Virus record (IMG/VR): IMGVR_UViG_3300020190_000031
Length of the DNA stretch: 64,000 bases
Strand: one strand, 5' to 3'
DNA from: an uncultured virus (IMG/VR IMGVR_UViG_3300020190_000031)
Taxonomy: Duplodnaviria > Heunggongvirae > Uroviricota > Caudoviricetes
Both the position numbers and the translations under genes were made by a program. Below are positions 8,329 to 18,829 of this stretch, piece after piece (the stretch's first letter is position 1; each line of letters opens with the position of its first letter). The notes under the pieces were generated by a model. It saw nothing but the letters and a program-made list of their open reading frames with translations. It was not told where the DNA came from and did no database searches.

Positions 8329-8930
8329 TAGATTTTGAATCAATTTACTGGGAATTAAAAAGTTTATATCCGGGGGACCTTGAATTTTCTATACATAAAT
8401 ATTGGGATCTTCCATATGAATATGTTTTAGATGCATATCAATTTGCGAAAAGGGACTATATGAAGAATTTGCATTTGGTTGAAGCACCAATATCTCTGCT
8501 AGCTTCAATTATTGCGAATTCAAATAGAGATCCCAAAAAGAAAAGAGAGCCATACAAGATGGAGGATTTCTTTTTGTATGAACCCAGGGATCTCAAAAAT
8601 ATTCCCACAGGTGTATATGGTTCAGCAGCAATGGCACTCGCCGGCAAGGGATTATTACCTCCTTGGACCTTATTTGTTTACAAGGATCTCAAAGAAGCTG
8701 CAGATGGTAATCCACCAAAACTGCTTGCTTATATTTGTGATGATGCAATTCTACTAGCACCAATGCATCTAGGTGCTACAGTTAGGGGAATGTTGATAGC
8801 AAAAGAAAGCGCATCTAAACAGCGCCGTACACTTACTTCGCCATGCGGCTCAAAAATTTATACAGAAATTCCTGAAATTTTAGGCAAATTTGTCGCCGAT
8901 GAAGGTGTTGAGTTAACAATTATCAGCTAG
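8295..8930 (+). CDS. -1 frameshift extension of the tail chaperone (gpGT-like; full product 7762..8930)
   Basis: -1 frame is open from GGGAAAG through ORF 8460..8930 with no stop. Confidence 0.75.
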   Translation, partial: GKVRRGEWGRLIDFESIYWELKSLYPGDLEFSIHKYWDLPYEYVLDAYQFAKRDYMKNLHLVEAPISLLASIIANSNRDPKKKREPYKMEDFFLYEPRDLKNIPTGVYGSAAMALAGKGLLPPWTLFVYKDLKEAADGNPPKLLAYICDDAILLAPMHLGATVRGMLIAKESASKQRRTLTSPCGSKIYTEIPEILGKFVADEGVELTIIS

Positions 8931-9312
8931 CTATCCACTGATCATAGATAGAGCTTTTCATGATACCAGTTTGTAGCCAGGCCTTGATGTTCATCTCAGA
9001 ATTGGCTGAGTAAAAATCCTGCCGGCGAAACCATGTTGTCCATTCCTCGCTTCCTTTGGAATGATTGCATTCTTTGCATGCAGGTACGCAATTGTTCGTT
9101 AAATCTTCACCCCCTTTGCTTTTAGGTTTGACGTGGTCTACGGTAAGACTTTTGGTATCGATTGGTGTTCGCCCACAATAAGCGCATTTGTTTTCCCATG
9201 CATCACGAATCGATTGTCTCCACAGTCGCTTGGCTTCTCTACCGTTCATGGCCTCAAGGTTAAAAAGATATTCACAGGCCCGTTGCCGGGGCGTGTTCAA
9301 GAGGCTCATCAT
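8923..9312 (-). CDS. HNH endonuclease
   Basis: CAYCG...DHVKPKSKGG...NCVPACKECNHSKG. Confidence 0.9.
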   Translation of the reverse strand: MMSLLNTPRQRACEYLFNLEAMNGREAKRLWRQSIRDAWENKCAYCGRTPIDTKSLTVDHVKPKSKGGEDLTNNCVPACKECNHSKGSEEWTTWFRRQDFYSANSEMNIKAWLQTGIMKSSIYDQWIAS

Positions 9313-9424
9313 CTACCAGTCAAGAGTGCTGTAGACGACGAAACGACCAATCGTCATAAGCATTCCCCTGGCTAATATATGGTTCCACCTATGGCACCCT
9401 AGAAAGCAGGAATTTCGGCATCAA

Positions 9425-10327
9425 ATGAATCAAGTTTTCCCAGATACCCCTGGTGTCATTTATAGGATTCTTGATGCTGACATTGAGTTTTCTTCTTACG
9501 TTGGTATTTATAAATTTGCCAATGGACAGACTCAAAATGCAATTAGCCTGTTAACGCCAGGCTCCAACATTCCTGGAATCGAAAGCGTCACTGGCTTAGA
9601 ATGTATTATTCATGATGTATCTAATATAAAAAGAATTGACTTTTTAACTAATAACAGTGTGTTGGTCAAAGAATGGAAAGTTTTTCTTATCGCTTGGGAC
9701 CCTGCTACTGGCGAGATTGTCAATAATGCAGCTCAAAGAATCATGGAGCTGTTTAGGGGGTCAACTTCAATGCAGACAGTTAGAACGTCTGAGGGATTGA
9801 ATGCAAGAGTTCAGACGGTCGTGACCATTCCCTCAGGGCAGCCTCTTGATATTGATGGAATGGCTATCTACGGCCCACAGCCAGCCATTAATTTGACTGC
9901 AGACTTACTTTATATCGAGCCTGGACAAGAGGTCACAATTAACTGGGTTATCACTAGTGCATTAAGGGCAACTATGAATAATGGGGTCGGGAATATTCCC
10001 CTGACTGGTTCACAGCAATTCACGGTTGATGAAACTACAAATTATGTGATTACTGCTGAGAATGATTTCTCAAGTGCTCAAGGCGGCATTGAAATTGTTG
10101 TACTAGATCCCGTTATAGCAATGTTTGACTATACAAGAATTGGCACAACAAGTAATTATACTGTGACCTGGATCACCTCAAATACTCAAGAAGTAAGATT
10201 CAACGGCAGATATGATTGGCCAATGAGTGGCAGCACAATAGTTGCTGTTACGGCTCCAACCCAGTTCACATTGGAAGCTGTATCGACGCAAGGCTCTGAT
10301 GAGGCGACAATCACAATTACACCGTAA
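9425..10327 (+). CDS. Putative tail terminator-like protein with two C-terminal Ig-like repeats
   Basis: Position before the MTP; duplicated beta-rich unit (W....PLTGS....T.Y..TA / W....PMSGS....T.F.LEA). Confidence 0.5.
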   Translation: MNQVFPDTPGVIYRILDADIEFSSYVGIYKFANGQTQNAISLLTPGSNIPGIESVTGLECIIHDVSNIKRIDFLTNNSVLVKEWKVFLIAWDPATGEIVNNAAQRIMELFRGSTSMQTVRTSEGLNARVQTVVTIPSGQPLDIDGMAIYGPQPAINLTADLLYIEPGQEVTINWVITSALRATMNNGVGNIPLTGSQQFTVDETTNYVITAENDFSSAQGGIEIVVLDPVIAMFDYTRIGTTSNYTVTWITSNTQEVRFNGRYDWPMSGSTIVAVTAPTQFTLEAVSTQGSDEATITITP

Positions 10328-10427
10328 AAGTAAAAATTAAGTAGGTTTCCATTTTGGCAACCTACAAAAGAGGGGTGGATCCCCCCGATTTCGTTGTTTC
10401 GGCCGGATTCATTCCGGATTTTTATCC

Positions 10428-11063
10428 GTGGCAAACTATTCCGCAGCCTTTGGCTACGACGTATATATCTTACCTCTGGCCTCCAATGAGGTTGATATTG
10501 CGTTTACTGGTGTCACTACGGCGACTGGTACTTCTGCTACAACTGCATTCATCAAGACTGACAGTGCTGCTGCTGGCGATGGTCTGAATCTTGTATCTCC
10601 TAGTGCTACCGTTGCCTTTAGCGGTACAACTGGTAAGTTTACAATTGAAAGCACTCTGTATGATATGGATGGCGAGGATCAGCCCTTCCGTCTGTATGGT
10701 CTGACAAATGCCGCCCTGGAAACTGATACCTCTTCTGAGGATATCGTTACCTATGACGATGAAACTAAAGGCTTCAACACTTCAATCGCGACCTCCAAGT
10801 CCTGGAGCGTGAGCCTAGAGGGTGTGGCTGACTTCCGGGATTCTGGTTATCAGGTTCTTCGTCTTTGTGAACAGAACACTGTGTCCAATAGCCTGCGCGT
10901 GAAGTTTGTCCGTGTTGGTCCCACCGGAACCGCCGAGGCTGTGTATGGCTATGGCACCCTGCAGGGTTACAGCGAGTCGATCGAGGCTGGTTCGATTGTG
11001 TCCTGGTCTGCTACCCTTCAAGGTTACGGTCCTTACAAGCTTGCTCTTGATGTCAACCCCTGA
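10428..11063 (+). CDS. Major tail (tube) protein
   Basis: 211 aa, S/T/A/G rich, KSWSVSLEG and WSATLQGYG motifs; before the TMP; followed by a terminator. Confidence 0.85.
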   Translation: MANYSAAFGYDVYILPLASNEVDIAFTGVTTATGTSATTAFIKTDSAAAGDGLNLVSPSATVAFSGTTGKFTIESTLYDMDGEDQPFRLYGLTNAALETDTSSEDIVTYDDETKGFNTSIATSKSWSVSLEGVADFRDSGYQVLRLCEQNTVSNSLRVKFVRVGPTGTAEAVYGYGTLQGYSESIEAGSIVSWSATLQGYGPYKLALDVNP

Positions 11064-11086
11064 GATCACTTATCTCAACAGCATTT

Positions 11087-11108
11087 GGGGCCGGAAGGCC
11101 CCTTTTTT
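11087..11108 (+). terminator. Rho-independent terminator after MTP
   Basis: GGGGCC-GGAA-GGCCCC-TTTTTT. Confidence 0.85.
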
Positions 11109-11142
11109 GTTGGCAGACTAATCTAGCCTGTGCTGCCGGAAT

Positions 11143-14100
11143 GTGGCTGAGGAAATTCTTCTAAAGTTTAGAACTGAGGCCGATCAACGAGGCTTTGAAC
11201 GTGAAAATAAAAATTTCACGGGCGCATTAGAAGACAGAATTAAGCTAGTAAGAAAATATGGAGGAGAGGTCGCTGATCTAAACAATGCCACCGCCAGGCT
11301 TGGAATTGAAGCAGTTGTTGATGGCTTACCCATATTTGGCAAGTTAGAGAAAGCTTTAACAGATGATGAGAAGGCGTATAGAAAATTAATGCAGGTAATC
11401 AAAGATAAAACAAAGGCCGATAAAGATTCTGTATTTGCGATACGTCAAACACTCAGTGAGGCTAAGCAAAAACTTGCCCTGATGAGTAAGTTGAATCCAA
11501 AATATACAGAACAAGCGATTAAAGTTGATGCATTAACTAGTAAACATAGAGAGGCACAAGGCATACAACAAGGCAGCGTTGCACTAATTAGACTTGAAAC
11601 AAAAGCTTTACAAGATCAATTAAATGTTCTTAATTTATCTTCTGCTCAAAGACAGATTCTGACGCAAGCAATCAGTGCTAATCAAGCAGCCGAACGGCAA
11701 GCTGCTGGCATTGAGAAGGGCAGCATTAATGATCTAAGAGCGCGTCAAGCTGAACAGCAAAAATTAGCTGATTCACTAAGGGTCGGAAGTGCTGAGCAAA
11801 TAAAAGCAGCTCAGTCAGCTCAACAATTAGGGAACCAGATTCAAGCTGCTACACCAAAAACAGTTACATTTATTGGTGTATTAAATAAGATTGCCACCGT
11901 ACAAGCAGGTTTTACAGCAATCATTAATGTTTTTCGTCAGATTACTGGCTCGATTGATGAGGTCGTAAAACGTTTAAAGCAGGTCGAACAGTTTAATTTG
12001 GCAATGCAAAACATTGGCTTTAGTGCCAGTGAAGCTGCTGATAAGTTTCAAGCTGCATCAAGGACAGCAGGTCAACTTGGTGCTCCTCTGGAAGTGGTCG
12101 AAAAGGCATACAAAAGAATTACTCCTGCCTTGCAGAGCATAGGCACATCTGCTGCGGACACTGATAAGTTTATCAAAAACTTAATTGCTAGAACGCAAAT
12201 TTTAGGCCTTTCAACAGAGCAAAGCGGCCGATTGGTTGAAGCATTTGCACAGGTGCTCAGTAAGGGTAAGTTGCAAAGTGAAGAATTAAATCAACAAATT
12301 TCAGAATTAGATGGTGGGTTCAGAAATGATTTAGCTAAATCACTAGGTGTTACAACAGGCCAATTGAACGATATGGTCCAAGAAAGTCAAGTACTTGATA
12401 CTGTTTTTAGGGATGCATTCCTTGGAATGGGAACTGGTGCTGAGATATTGGAGGGTAAAGTTGCATCTGGTAACTCCACAATCCAGCAATTACAGAATAA
12501 TATTAGTTTAATTAACACTAAAACTCTTGAGGAAATTGGTGTTGCAATTGAGCCTGGGATCAGAGCATTCCTAAGAGCTGGCGAAGCCTTTGCTAAACTT
12601 GTCCAAAGTATAGCCGAGTCTGCGGTTGGCCAATTACTGGCAACAGTGTTTAACCAGATCGCCGCTGCAACTGAATTTCTCGTTGATACAGTTAGTGGAT
12701 TAGTTAATATATTATTATTCTTAGCTCAACCCATTGCTGCGGTTCTTACATTAGCAAGCCCCTTGATTGCAGCTTTCTTAACTTTAACTGTTTCTATAAA
12801 AGGCGCTCAAGTTGCCACTGTTGCATTTAATGCTGCAGTCAAGGGACTCAAAGTTTTAAGTGGTTTTAGTGGGTCATTAGGATTTGCTACTGAAGGATTG
12901 AAAAAGTTTGCCCTTGCTGGCAAACAGATCTTATTTTTGGATTTGAAGGGTGCCTTTTTTAACGCGGCAAACGGTATGGGTAAATTTATTCAATCCTTGA
13001 ATATTTCTTTCATCAATAATGCTATTGCCAAATTGAAGGAATTAAGACAAGCGCAACAGGCCGCTGCTGTGGTGGATGGCGCTGCCGATGCTGCTGGCAA
13101 TGCCGGTAATGCATTTGATTTCCTCTCTTCAGTTTTAGAGTTAATTCCTGGAAAATTTGGTAAGCTTGGCCAAGGCGCAAGTAAAGCTGGCAGCACTGCT
13201 GCAGCCGCTGCTGCCAAGCAAGTTGCCGGAGAAAAGGCTGTTTCTGCAGAATTGGGTAGAACAGCGCAGTTAAGGAAGAAATACGGATTGCAACAAAGTC
13301 AAGATAGTATTCGTCTGCAAAATAATTTTAAAAGTTTAGCGGCTACTGAGAGTAAAGCGCTTGGGACAACCAAGGCACTTGCTGCGGGAGCTGGTAATGC
13401 TGGCAAAGGTTTTGCAGGTGCAGCAGGCAATTTATTGAAATTTGCCAAAGGCACAGCACTCTTGACTGTTGGTGCAACAGCGGGTGAGGCATTCTTCAAT
13501 GTTGTTGGCGGTATTAATGAATCAACTGGAGCGGCCGGTAAATCAATCTCTGAACTTGAAGGCACTCTGGGACAACTAGGCATTACGACTCAAAAAACTA
13601 AAGGTTTTTGGGGTAGCCTTCTAGATACTATTATTAATTCAGTACCGTTTTTAAGACCGCTCGTAGATGGCATCGGATTCTTGATGGATAAATTTCAGGG
13701 ACTTGGCCTTGAAATTGGAAGATTACAAAATATTGATAGATTTAAAAAATCATTGGAATCAGTCGGCAAGGTTGCCCGTGAAGCCGGTCTTACTGGTTTT
13801 GGTGATCTAACAAATGCTCAAAAGTTAAATGGTGCCACAGCAAAAAAACTTGTTGGCTCTTATGAAGCCCTAGGAAAATCTTTTGAAAACACAGCAGCCG
13901 GATATCAAGAATTAATTACCAAAGGTGAAGCAGAGGGTAATTTGTCAGAAGATAGAAAAAAGCAGCTAGAAAGATTAAGAGATGAACAGTTAAATCTATC
14001 TGCAACATTCAAATATTACGCCAGAAACCTGGATAACGCTACTAAGGCCCAGCAGGCACAAAATAAACAATTGGAGGACGCCAAGGGACTTGCGCTGGGA

Positions 14101-15873
14101 GTAACTGAAACCCTCAAGAAAAAGAATGAAGCACTTGATACGGCGCAAACACAGCTTCAAACCCAGGCCCAACAAGAATATAATCAAGGTCTAATCAGTG
14201 AAGGTGATCTTAATTTAAGGAATGCCGCTATCGACGCTAAAGTTGCTCAAGATAAATTATCTAACATAAACGCTGCCATTCAACAAGCATCTCAGGCAAG
14301 GGGCAAGGAAGAGAAAGATGTAGAAGAGCTGTATCAATTAGAGAAAGGATTAATTGAACAGAAAGCAGCGGCCGAAGCTGAAGCGGCCAAAGCTAAAGCT
14401 GCTTTACTTGAAGCCGAAAAGGCAAAAATCAAAGAGGTCGCTGATGCGGCTAAAACACTCTCTGATGTTTATAAGAAAAGTGCTGACGATGCCAAAGGAG
14501 CACTTGATGATCTTGCATCCAGCACCTCAGATACATTAGATAAACTCAAAGATGCAATAACTCAACGTGCTAATATTGAAATTGGCGCAGATAATACGGC
14601 TGCTTTGCAAGTTGAAGGTCAAATACTCGCTATCAATTATACAATCGGAAAAGTCAAGCAAGAAATTGCTTCAAGAGAAAGAGAACATGCGATAACAATG
14701 CAGGAATTGGAGACAAAGCGGGCTATAGCTGCACTGCAACGTGGACCCCAAACTGCTCAGTCCCAAGCAGAAATAGCCGCGCTGCAGGATCAATTACGTT
14801 TACTGAACGATATCAGGGGTCTTAATCAAACCACTGACAGAATTCAGCAAATAGGGCTTGACGCACAAATACAAAAAGAACAAGAAGCCTTGAACATCCA
14901 AAGAGCGGCTGCTGGCTTGCCTCCTTTACAAATTGTTGATGTACAGTCTCTTGAGGGCCTTAAGGGTAGAGTCGATGAGGTATTTAACGCCGCTACGGCA
15001 AGTGCTGACAAACTTGGATCTGCGGTCAGTAGCAATTTGAGTAAGAGTACAGATGCTGCCAAACAAGGAATCTCTCAGATTGAGAATATCTCACGGAATT
15101 CACAAGCGCAACAGGATAAATTAACTAAAACAATAGAACAAGGAATCAACAATATCACTAAAGGCATCGAGGCCTTGGCGTCTAAAAATTATGGTGTTGA
15201 GATTGGTAAGCAGTTAAGCAAGACATTTAATCAAGGTATTGATAAGTGGAATAAGCAAATTACTCAGTCTCCTGAAAAGGTTCAGGCTGTGGCAGAAAAG
15301 ACAAAAGTTCTTGCGGGTGGCTTTAGTGATGTGGGCAAACAAATTATAGGAGTAAATCAACATCTTAAATCAACAAATACATTGATGGAAGAGGCTGCAA
15401 GGCGGGCTGGAAACCTTCCCGGAGGTGGCCTGGGGGCCCTTGCACATGGCGGTCCGGTCATGGCTGGTACAAGTTATCTTGTGAACGACGGAGGCGGTCG
15501 TGAGGCTTTTGTGAACAAGTTTGGGCAGGCCAAGTTATTGCCCGCCTCTAGAAATATTGCATGGAGAGCGCCTAGCGATGGTTTTGTCATACCTGCCGAT
15601 CAAACCGCAGCAATGATTCAAAATAGTAAAATTAATGCCAAGATCTCAGCGGTTTCTTCCGCCTCCAAGCCAAGGCATGGAGCCAATTTTGCATCAAGTG
15701 GCTTGACAAGTTCCGGCAACCTAATCAAGCAGGTGGGTGCGATGATGGGTGGCAACAAGACCGAAAGAATCACCAATCATGTCACAATACAAAGCCAATC
15801 ACCCGTTATGGATGCCTCTAAGATTATGGCAAACGTGGCGAGAATGAGAGTCAGGAGAGGTATCTTCGGATGA
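11143..15873 (+). CDS. Tail tape measure protein
   Basis: 1576 aa, Ala/Gln-rich helical; tape-measure motif AFAQVLSKGKLQSEELNQQISE; C-terminal GGPV.AG..YLVND motif. Confidence 0.92.
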   Translation: MAEEILLKFRTEADQRGFERENKNFTGALEDRIKLVRKYGGEVADLNNATARLGIEAVVDGLPIFGKLEKALTDDEKAYRKLMQVIKDKTKADKDSVFAIRQTLSEAKQKLALMSKLNPKYTEQAIKVDALTSKHREAQGIQQGSVALIRLETKALQDQLNVLNLSSAQRQILTQAISANQAAERQAAGIEKGSINDLRARQAEQQKLADSLRVGSAEQIKAAQSAQQLGNQIQAATPKTVTFIGVLNKIATVQAGFTAIINVFRQITGSIDEVVKRLKQVEQFNLAMQNIGFSASEAADKFQAASRTAGQLGAPLEVVEKAYKRITPALQSIGTSAADTDKFIKNLIARTQILGLSTEQSGRLVEAFAQVLSKGKLQSEELNQQISELDGGFRNDLAKSLGVTTGQLNDMVQESQVLDTVFRDAFLGMGTGAEILEGKVASGNSTIQQLQNNISLINTKTLEEIGVAIEPGIRAFLRAGEAFAKLVQSIAESAVGQLLATVFNQIAAATEFLVDTVSGLVNILLFLAQPIAAVLTLASPLIAAFLTLTVSIKGAQVATVAFNAAVKGLKVLSGFSGSLGFATEGLKKFALAGKQILFLDLKGAFFNAANGMGKFIQSLNISFINNAIAKLKELRQAQQAAAVVDGAADAAGNAGNAFDFLSSVLELIPGKFGKLGQGASKAGSTAAAAAAKQVAGEKAVSAELGRTAQLRKKYGLQQSQDSIRLQNNFKSLAATESKALGTTKALAAGAGNAGKGFAGAAGNLLKFAKGTALLTVGATAGEAFFNVVGGINESTGAAGKSISELEGTLGQLGITTQKTKGFWGSLLDTIINSVPFLRPLVDGIGFLMDKFQGLGLEIGRLQNIDRFKKSLESVGKVAREAGLTGFGDLTNAQKLNGATAKKLVGSYEALGKSFENTAAGYQELITKGEAEGNLSEDRKKQLERLRDEQLNLSATFKYYARNLDNATKAQQAQNKQLEDAKGLALGVTETLKKKNEALDTAQTQLQTQAQQEYNQGLISEGDLNLRNAAIDAKVAQDKLSNINAAIQQASQARGKEEKDVEELYQLEKGLIEQKAAAEAEAAKAKAALLEAEKAKIKEVADAAKTLSDVYKKSADDAKGALDDLASSTSDTLDKLKDAITQRANIEIGADNTAALQVEGQILAINYTIGKVKQEIASREREHAITMQELETKRAIAALQRGPQTAQSQAEIAALQDQLRLLNDIRGLNQTTDRIQQIGLDAQIQKEQEALNIQRAAAGLPPLQIVDVQSLEGLKGRVDEVFNAATASADKLGSAVSSNLSKSTDAAKQGISQIENISRNSQAQQDKLTKTIEQGINNITKGIEALASKNYGVEIGKQLSKTFNQGIDKWNKQITQSPEKVQAVAEKTKVLAGGFSDVGKQIIGVNQHLKSTNTLMEEAARRAGNLPGGGLGALAHGGPVMAGTSYLVNDGGGREAFVNKFGQAKLLPASRNIAWRAPSDGFVIPADQTAAMIQNSKINAKISAVSSASKPRHGANFASSGLTSSGNLIKQVGAMMGGNKTERITNHVTIQSQSPVMDASKIMANVARMRVRRGIFG

Positions 15874-16271
15874 CAACTGCTACTTTAACATTAACGGGTT
15901 ATACAAAAACTGTTAGTTTTTACAATTTTACCGATACATCATATCCGGGTACTTACATGGCCCAAGCCAATTTGGAATTCTCGCAAATTGGCACTGCATA
16001 TGCCAGCGGTCCTGCAAGAAAACAGAGAAAAATGTGGTCAGTTTCTTCAATCATTTCCGCTTCGCAATGGGTCGAACTAACTGCTTTGTATGAGGCTTGG
16101 GATACTGCACGCGCCGAAGGTGATAATTTGGCCGTTGTGAATCTTGTAGATAATTTGCTTGGTGGCAATGTATCCGCTGAAGTATTTTTTACGGAACCAC
16201 CTGCACTGACAAAAATTAGCTCAGGCAATAATAGGGATTACATTGCTTCTTTTGTCGTTGTGGAGGTATAA
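15870..16271 (+). CDS. Putative distal tail protein
   Basis: 133 aa immediately after the TMP (synteny). Confidence 0.6.
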   Translation: MTTATLTLTGYTKTVSFYNFTDTSYPGTYMAQANLEFSQIGTAYASGPARKQRKMWSVSSIISASQWVELTALYEAWDTARAEGDNLAVVNLVDNLLGGNVSAEVFFTEPPALTKISSGNNRDYIASFVVVEV

Positions 16272-18827
16272 ATGTCTTACATTAATACAACCACTCCAAC
16301 TAGGATTTGGATTGGCGGCAAGGAATATACGGATTGGATGATTAGTGGTTCTGTCAATGACGAATCATCACTTTCTTCTGCAATTGCTAAAACCAGCGGC
16401 AGTATAAAACTTGGTGGTGTTCATAATTCCCTGATTACGAAGGAATTTCCATTGCCGATTGGGAGTGAAATAATTATTCAATGCACATTGCCAGGCGGTT
16501 TTAGCTCTCGTCATCCCAGGGGAACATTATATGTAATTAACTCTACAATTAACTACGAAGATCAGACAGTAGACATTGAGGTTGGATGTTCATTATTTTT
16601 TGCAAGTACATATGAGGTATCTTTTAGGCCGAGAATTAAAGAACTATTCGATCTAATACCAGAACCATATAGTGTATTTAATGTTGAAAATTATGATCTG
16701 AGTGAACTAAATGGAGTTCTTGAATCTCTTGGTTACATCATGTACCAAGACAAAAATGGAAAAATTCAATGTGCTCCGTCATTTGGCGCCCAAGGATTTG
16801 GGGCTGTCTCCTCAAGCTCTAAATTCACATGCTATGACAATGCAACAGCGATATCAATTCAGAGTTTATCGGAGTCTTCCGCATTAGTTGATCCGGCTAG
16901 TTTAGTAATTAAAATGGACTGGGGAATTCCTTTATATGAACCGCCAGATCCAGAGGAAGTTGAAGATACCGATGGCGATGGCATACCAGATGATGAAGAG
17001 GACGAGGACGATGACGGCGAAAATGAAAATACTAATGAACCAATTTCTGAAACACAATACCTAAAAACAAAAGTATTAACAATAGCAGATATTGACACAT
17101 GCCTTCAGGTTCATTATGGAAAAAAAATAAGAGTAACAGATGCTAAAGTATACAATTGTGGCGTTGCCCTTAATCCTGAATACATTGCCGCAACAGAAGA
17201 ACTTAATGAATGGAATAAAAATCCAGATTTTTGCAAGAAGCCACTTAGTCTAGACGAATTTTTCAAAGAGGCAGAATCTTTTTATGCATATGAAGTAAAG
17301 GGTAAGCTTGCTACAGTAGAAAATTACATATCTGATGAAATACAAAAATACCAGTATGCTGAATATAATGGGCCGGGTAAACAGTTAAGTTATGAAAAAA
17401 CATATGAAACAATGAGCATATGGAGAATTGCCGATGCCTCAATTAGTCAATGGCTTGACAATGTTTCTCGTGAATACGACTTGGCAATTGAAGAAGCAAA
17501 TGCTGCCATGTCGGAATGCAATGAATACGCTCAAATTTGTGAGGAAAATAATATATGGATAAAAACCGAAGCCCAGAGAAATTGCCTTACAAAAAAAGAG
17601 AAGAATATAATGGAGCAAACATTTGCATTTTATGATTGTTTGTTCACCGCCCGCCTTGCACGCGCAAACGAATTAATTGAATACGCAATCGGGGTCCGCA
17701 ATGTTGCAATCAATGGGTTGTCTTTCTTTTATGGAAAAAACCGTGAGACAAATATAACTGAAAGATTTATTACATTTGGAGAAGGTGGTGAGATTTTATC
17801 GAGTAAAGAAACAAATACGATTCAGGCGGGAGCGTCCAAGTTTACTGTTGATTTTATCAAAAGAACCGGTGAGATCAGTAGTGCAGACAGGCCCAGCGGC
17901 GTGATTGATGACCAAAGGACTGCATCGGATGTTGGTAAATATAAATTTGGGCCACCCCTTCATATCATCACGGGAGAATGCTTTGAAGATCTGTGTAATT
18001 GGCCAATCGATTTTTTACAATCAGAAACCATTGACGTGTATGAATTTTACAATGGTGTCGTAAAACAGACAAGTACAAAATTTGATTACGAAAATCCTGA
18101 GAATAACACCGTTGACATAAAGATATCAACTGATAACTCAACCGCTGCACCGGCCGAACCGCGCAATGAATCTGCATCATCTACATCTGATATCGATGGC
18201 GATGGCATACCAGATGAGGAGGATCCCGACCGAGATGGAGACGGCGATCCGAATGACACAGATCCAGAGCCGGACGATCCGAATGTGAATTCAAGAAACT
18301 TATTAGCATCTTGCAATATAAACACCGAAACGGTTGAACGTGAATATACAATTCTGGGTAAACCAGTAGTACCTATGCTTGGCGCAGGATGGGCTGGTTA
18401 CTATACACCTGCTGCCGAGGAAATTTCAATGCCTATATCCTTCAAAGATCTTGTACCGGAAGACGTTCAGTATGCAATCACCGGACAACCCGTTAGCGAA
18501 GGATTAGAAGAACTTATGGTCACAGAAGCATCATGTAAATTCATAACAGATGAATTTAGAAGGGTGGCAACTGCAAACATGGTTATATATGAAGAATATA
18601 TTAATAAATATTTAGCAGTTGCAATGGCTAAAAGATTGAGCGATAATAAGGGGATAAGGATTGTTGAAAAAATGAGAGCTGAAGTATTTGATTATTATCC
18701 TTTTATGCCTATAACAGTAGTGCTAACAGCTAATCAGCAAACTATGTTGGCTTATGTAAGTTCGGCTACATGGGCATTTGATTCAACAAATGCAATCTGT
18801 TCATTTGATTGCTATATTATGTCTTAA
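16272..18827 (+). CDS. Putative baseplate hub/tail-tip protein with DxDGDG acidic loops
   Basis: Synteny; two DGDGIPD tracts. Confidence 0.6.
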   Translation: MSYINTTTPTRIWIGGKEYTDWMISGSVNDESSLSSAIAKTSGSIKLGGVHNSLITKEFPLPIGSEIIIQCTLPGGFSSRHPRGTLYVINSTINYEDQTVDIEVGCSLFFASTYEVSFRPRIKELFDLIPEPYSVFNVENYDLSELNGVLESLGYIMYQDKNGKIQCAPSFGAQGFGAVSSSSKFTCYDNATAISIQSLSESSALVDPASLVIKMDWGIPLYEPPDPEEVEDTDGDGIPDDEEDEDDDGENENTNEPISETQYLKTKVLTIADIDTCLQVHYGKKIRVTDAKVYNCGVALNPEYIAATEELNEWNKNPDFCKKPLSLDEFFKEAESFYAYEVKGKLATVENYISDEIQKYQYAEYNGPGKQLSYEKTYETMSIWRIADASISQWLDNVSREYDLAIEEANAAMSECNEYAQICEENNIWIKTEAQRNCLTKKEKNIMEQTFAFYDCLFTARLARANELIEYAIGVRNVAINGLSFFYGKNRETNITERFITFGEGGEILSSKETNTIQAGASKFTVDFIKRTGEISSADRPSGVIDDQRTASDVGKYKFGPPLHIITGECFEDLCNWPIDFLQSETIDVYEFYNGVVKQTSTKFDYENPENNTVDIKISTDNSTAAPAEPRNESASSTSDIDGDGIPDEEDPDRDGDGDPNDTDPEPDDPNVNSRNLLASCNINTETVEREYTILGKPVVPMLGAGWAGYYTPAAEEISMPISFKDLVPEDVQYAITGQPVSEGLEELMVTEASCKFITDEFRRVATANMVIYEEYINKYLAVAMAKRLSDNKGIRIVEKMRAEVFDYYPFMPITVVLTANQQTMLAYVSSATWAFDSTNAICSFDCYIMS

Positions 18828-18829
18828 TC

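Noticed and set aside
11058..11121. CCC-TGA at the end of the major tail gene as a +1 frameshift signal adding an Ig domain
   Set aside because: The +1 frame gives only about 20 codons and runs through the terminator; there is no domain to append
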